DNA of 34,480 nt, from the NCBI GenBank assembly GCA_009602725.1, contig WELB01000001.1, positions 537,494-571,973 of the forward strand, given 5' to 3'. Below the pieces are notes generated by a model. It did no database searches. It saw nothing but the letters and a program-made list of their open reading frames with translations, and was not told the DNA's origin. Position 1 is the stretch's first letter. Each line of letters starts with the position of its first letter. Origin of the DNA: Spirogloea muscicola. Lineage: Eukaryota. The position numbers were made by a program, and so were the translations under genes. Below, one piece after another: positions 34,291 through 34,480 of the stretch.

Positions 34291-34480
34291 GGCTACGGCG
34301 TGAAATGGTCCTCCCTGATCCAGCATCTGGCCCGGCTGGTTGATGCGCGTCGTCGAAGTCGGGGGGGCAGCTTGGGCCACTCCAGCATTCCGCAGGCCTT
34401 AGTTGCATATTATAGAATGCGGCTCTCGCTTAGTTTGCAGCGCTCGCAAGCATTGGCTCTTCATCAACGTGCAGGGCGCG

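Overview
Eukaryotic, intron-rich (GT-AG) genomic DNA. The gene mix (LEA_2/NHL, GLG1-repeat, FAM221-like) suggests a streptophyte green alga, which is an inference. I rebuilt spliced models by eye for six genes: a small secreted His-rich protein with 10 N-glycosylation sequons (-), a bacterial-type sulfotransferase (+), a GLG1-like Cys-rich membrane protein (-), 3-dehydrosphinganine reductase TSC10/KDSR (-), a FAM221-like Cys/His protein (+) and a LEA_2/NHL protein (-). A seventh, unrecognised ORF lies on +. Gene starts sit in sharp GC/CpG-rich islands within CpG-poorer DNA. Three 3'-end relics of a restriction-like-endonuclease non-LTR retrotransposon are present. The most striking unexplained structure is a dispersed, degenerate ~60-90 bp element seen in about 20 or more copies, in both orientations. 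Its core is GACCTTGTCCATTC-Tn-GGGCTG-N6-8-CAGCC, often followed by N11-TGG-NN-G-N-GC. It occurs only in intergenic clusters next to GC islands and forms several inverted pairs. The window has two N gaps and one single N.
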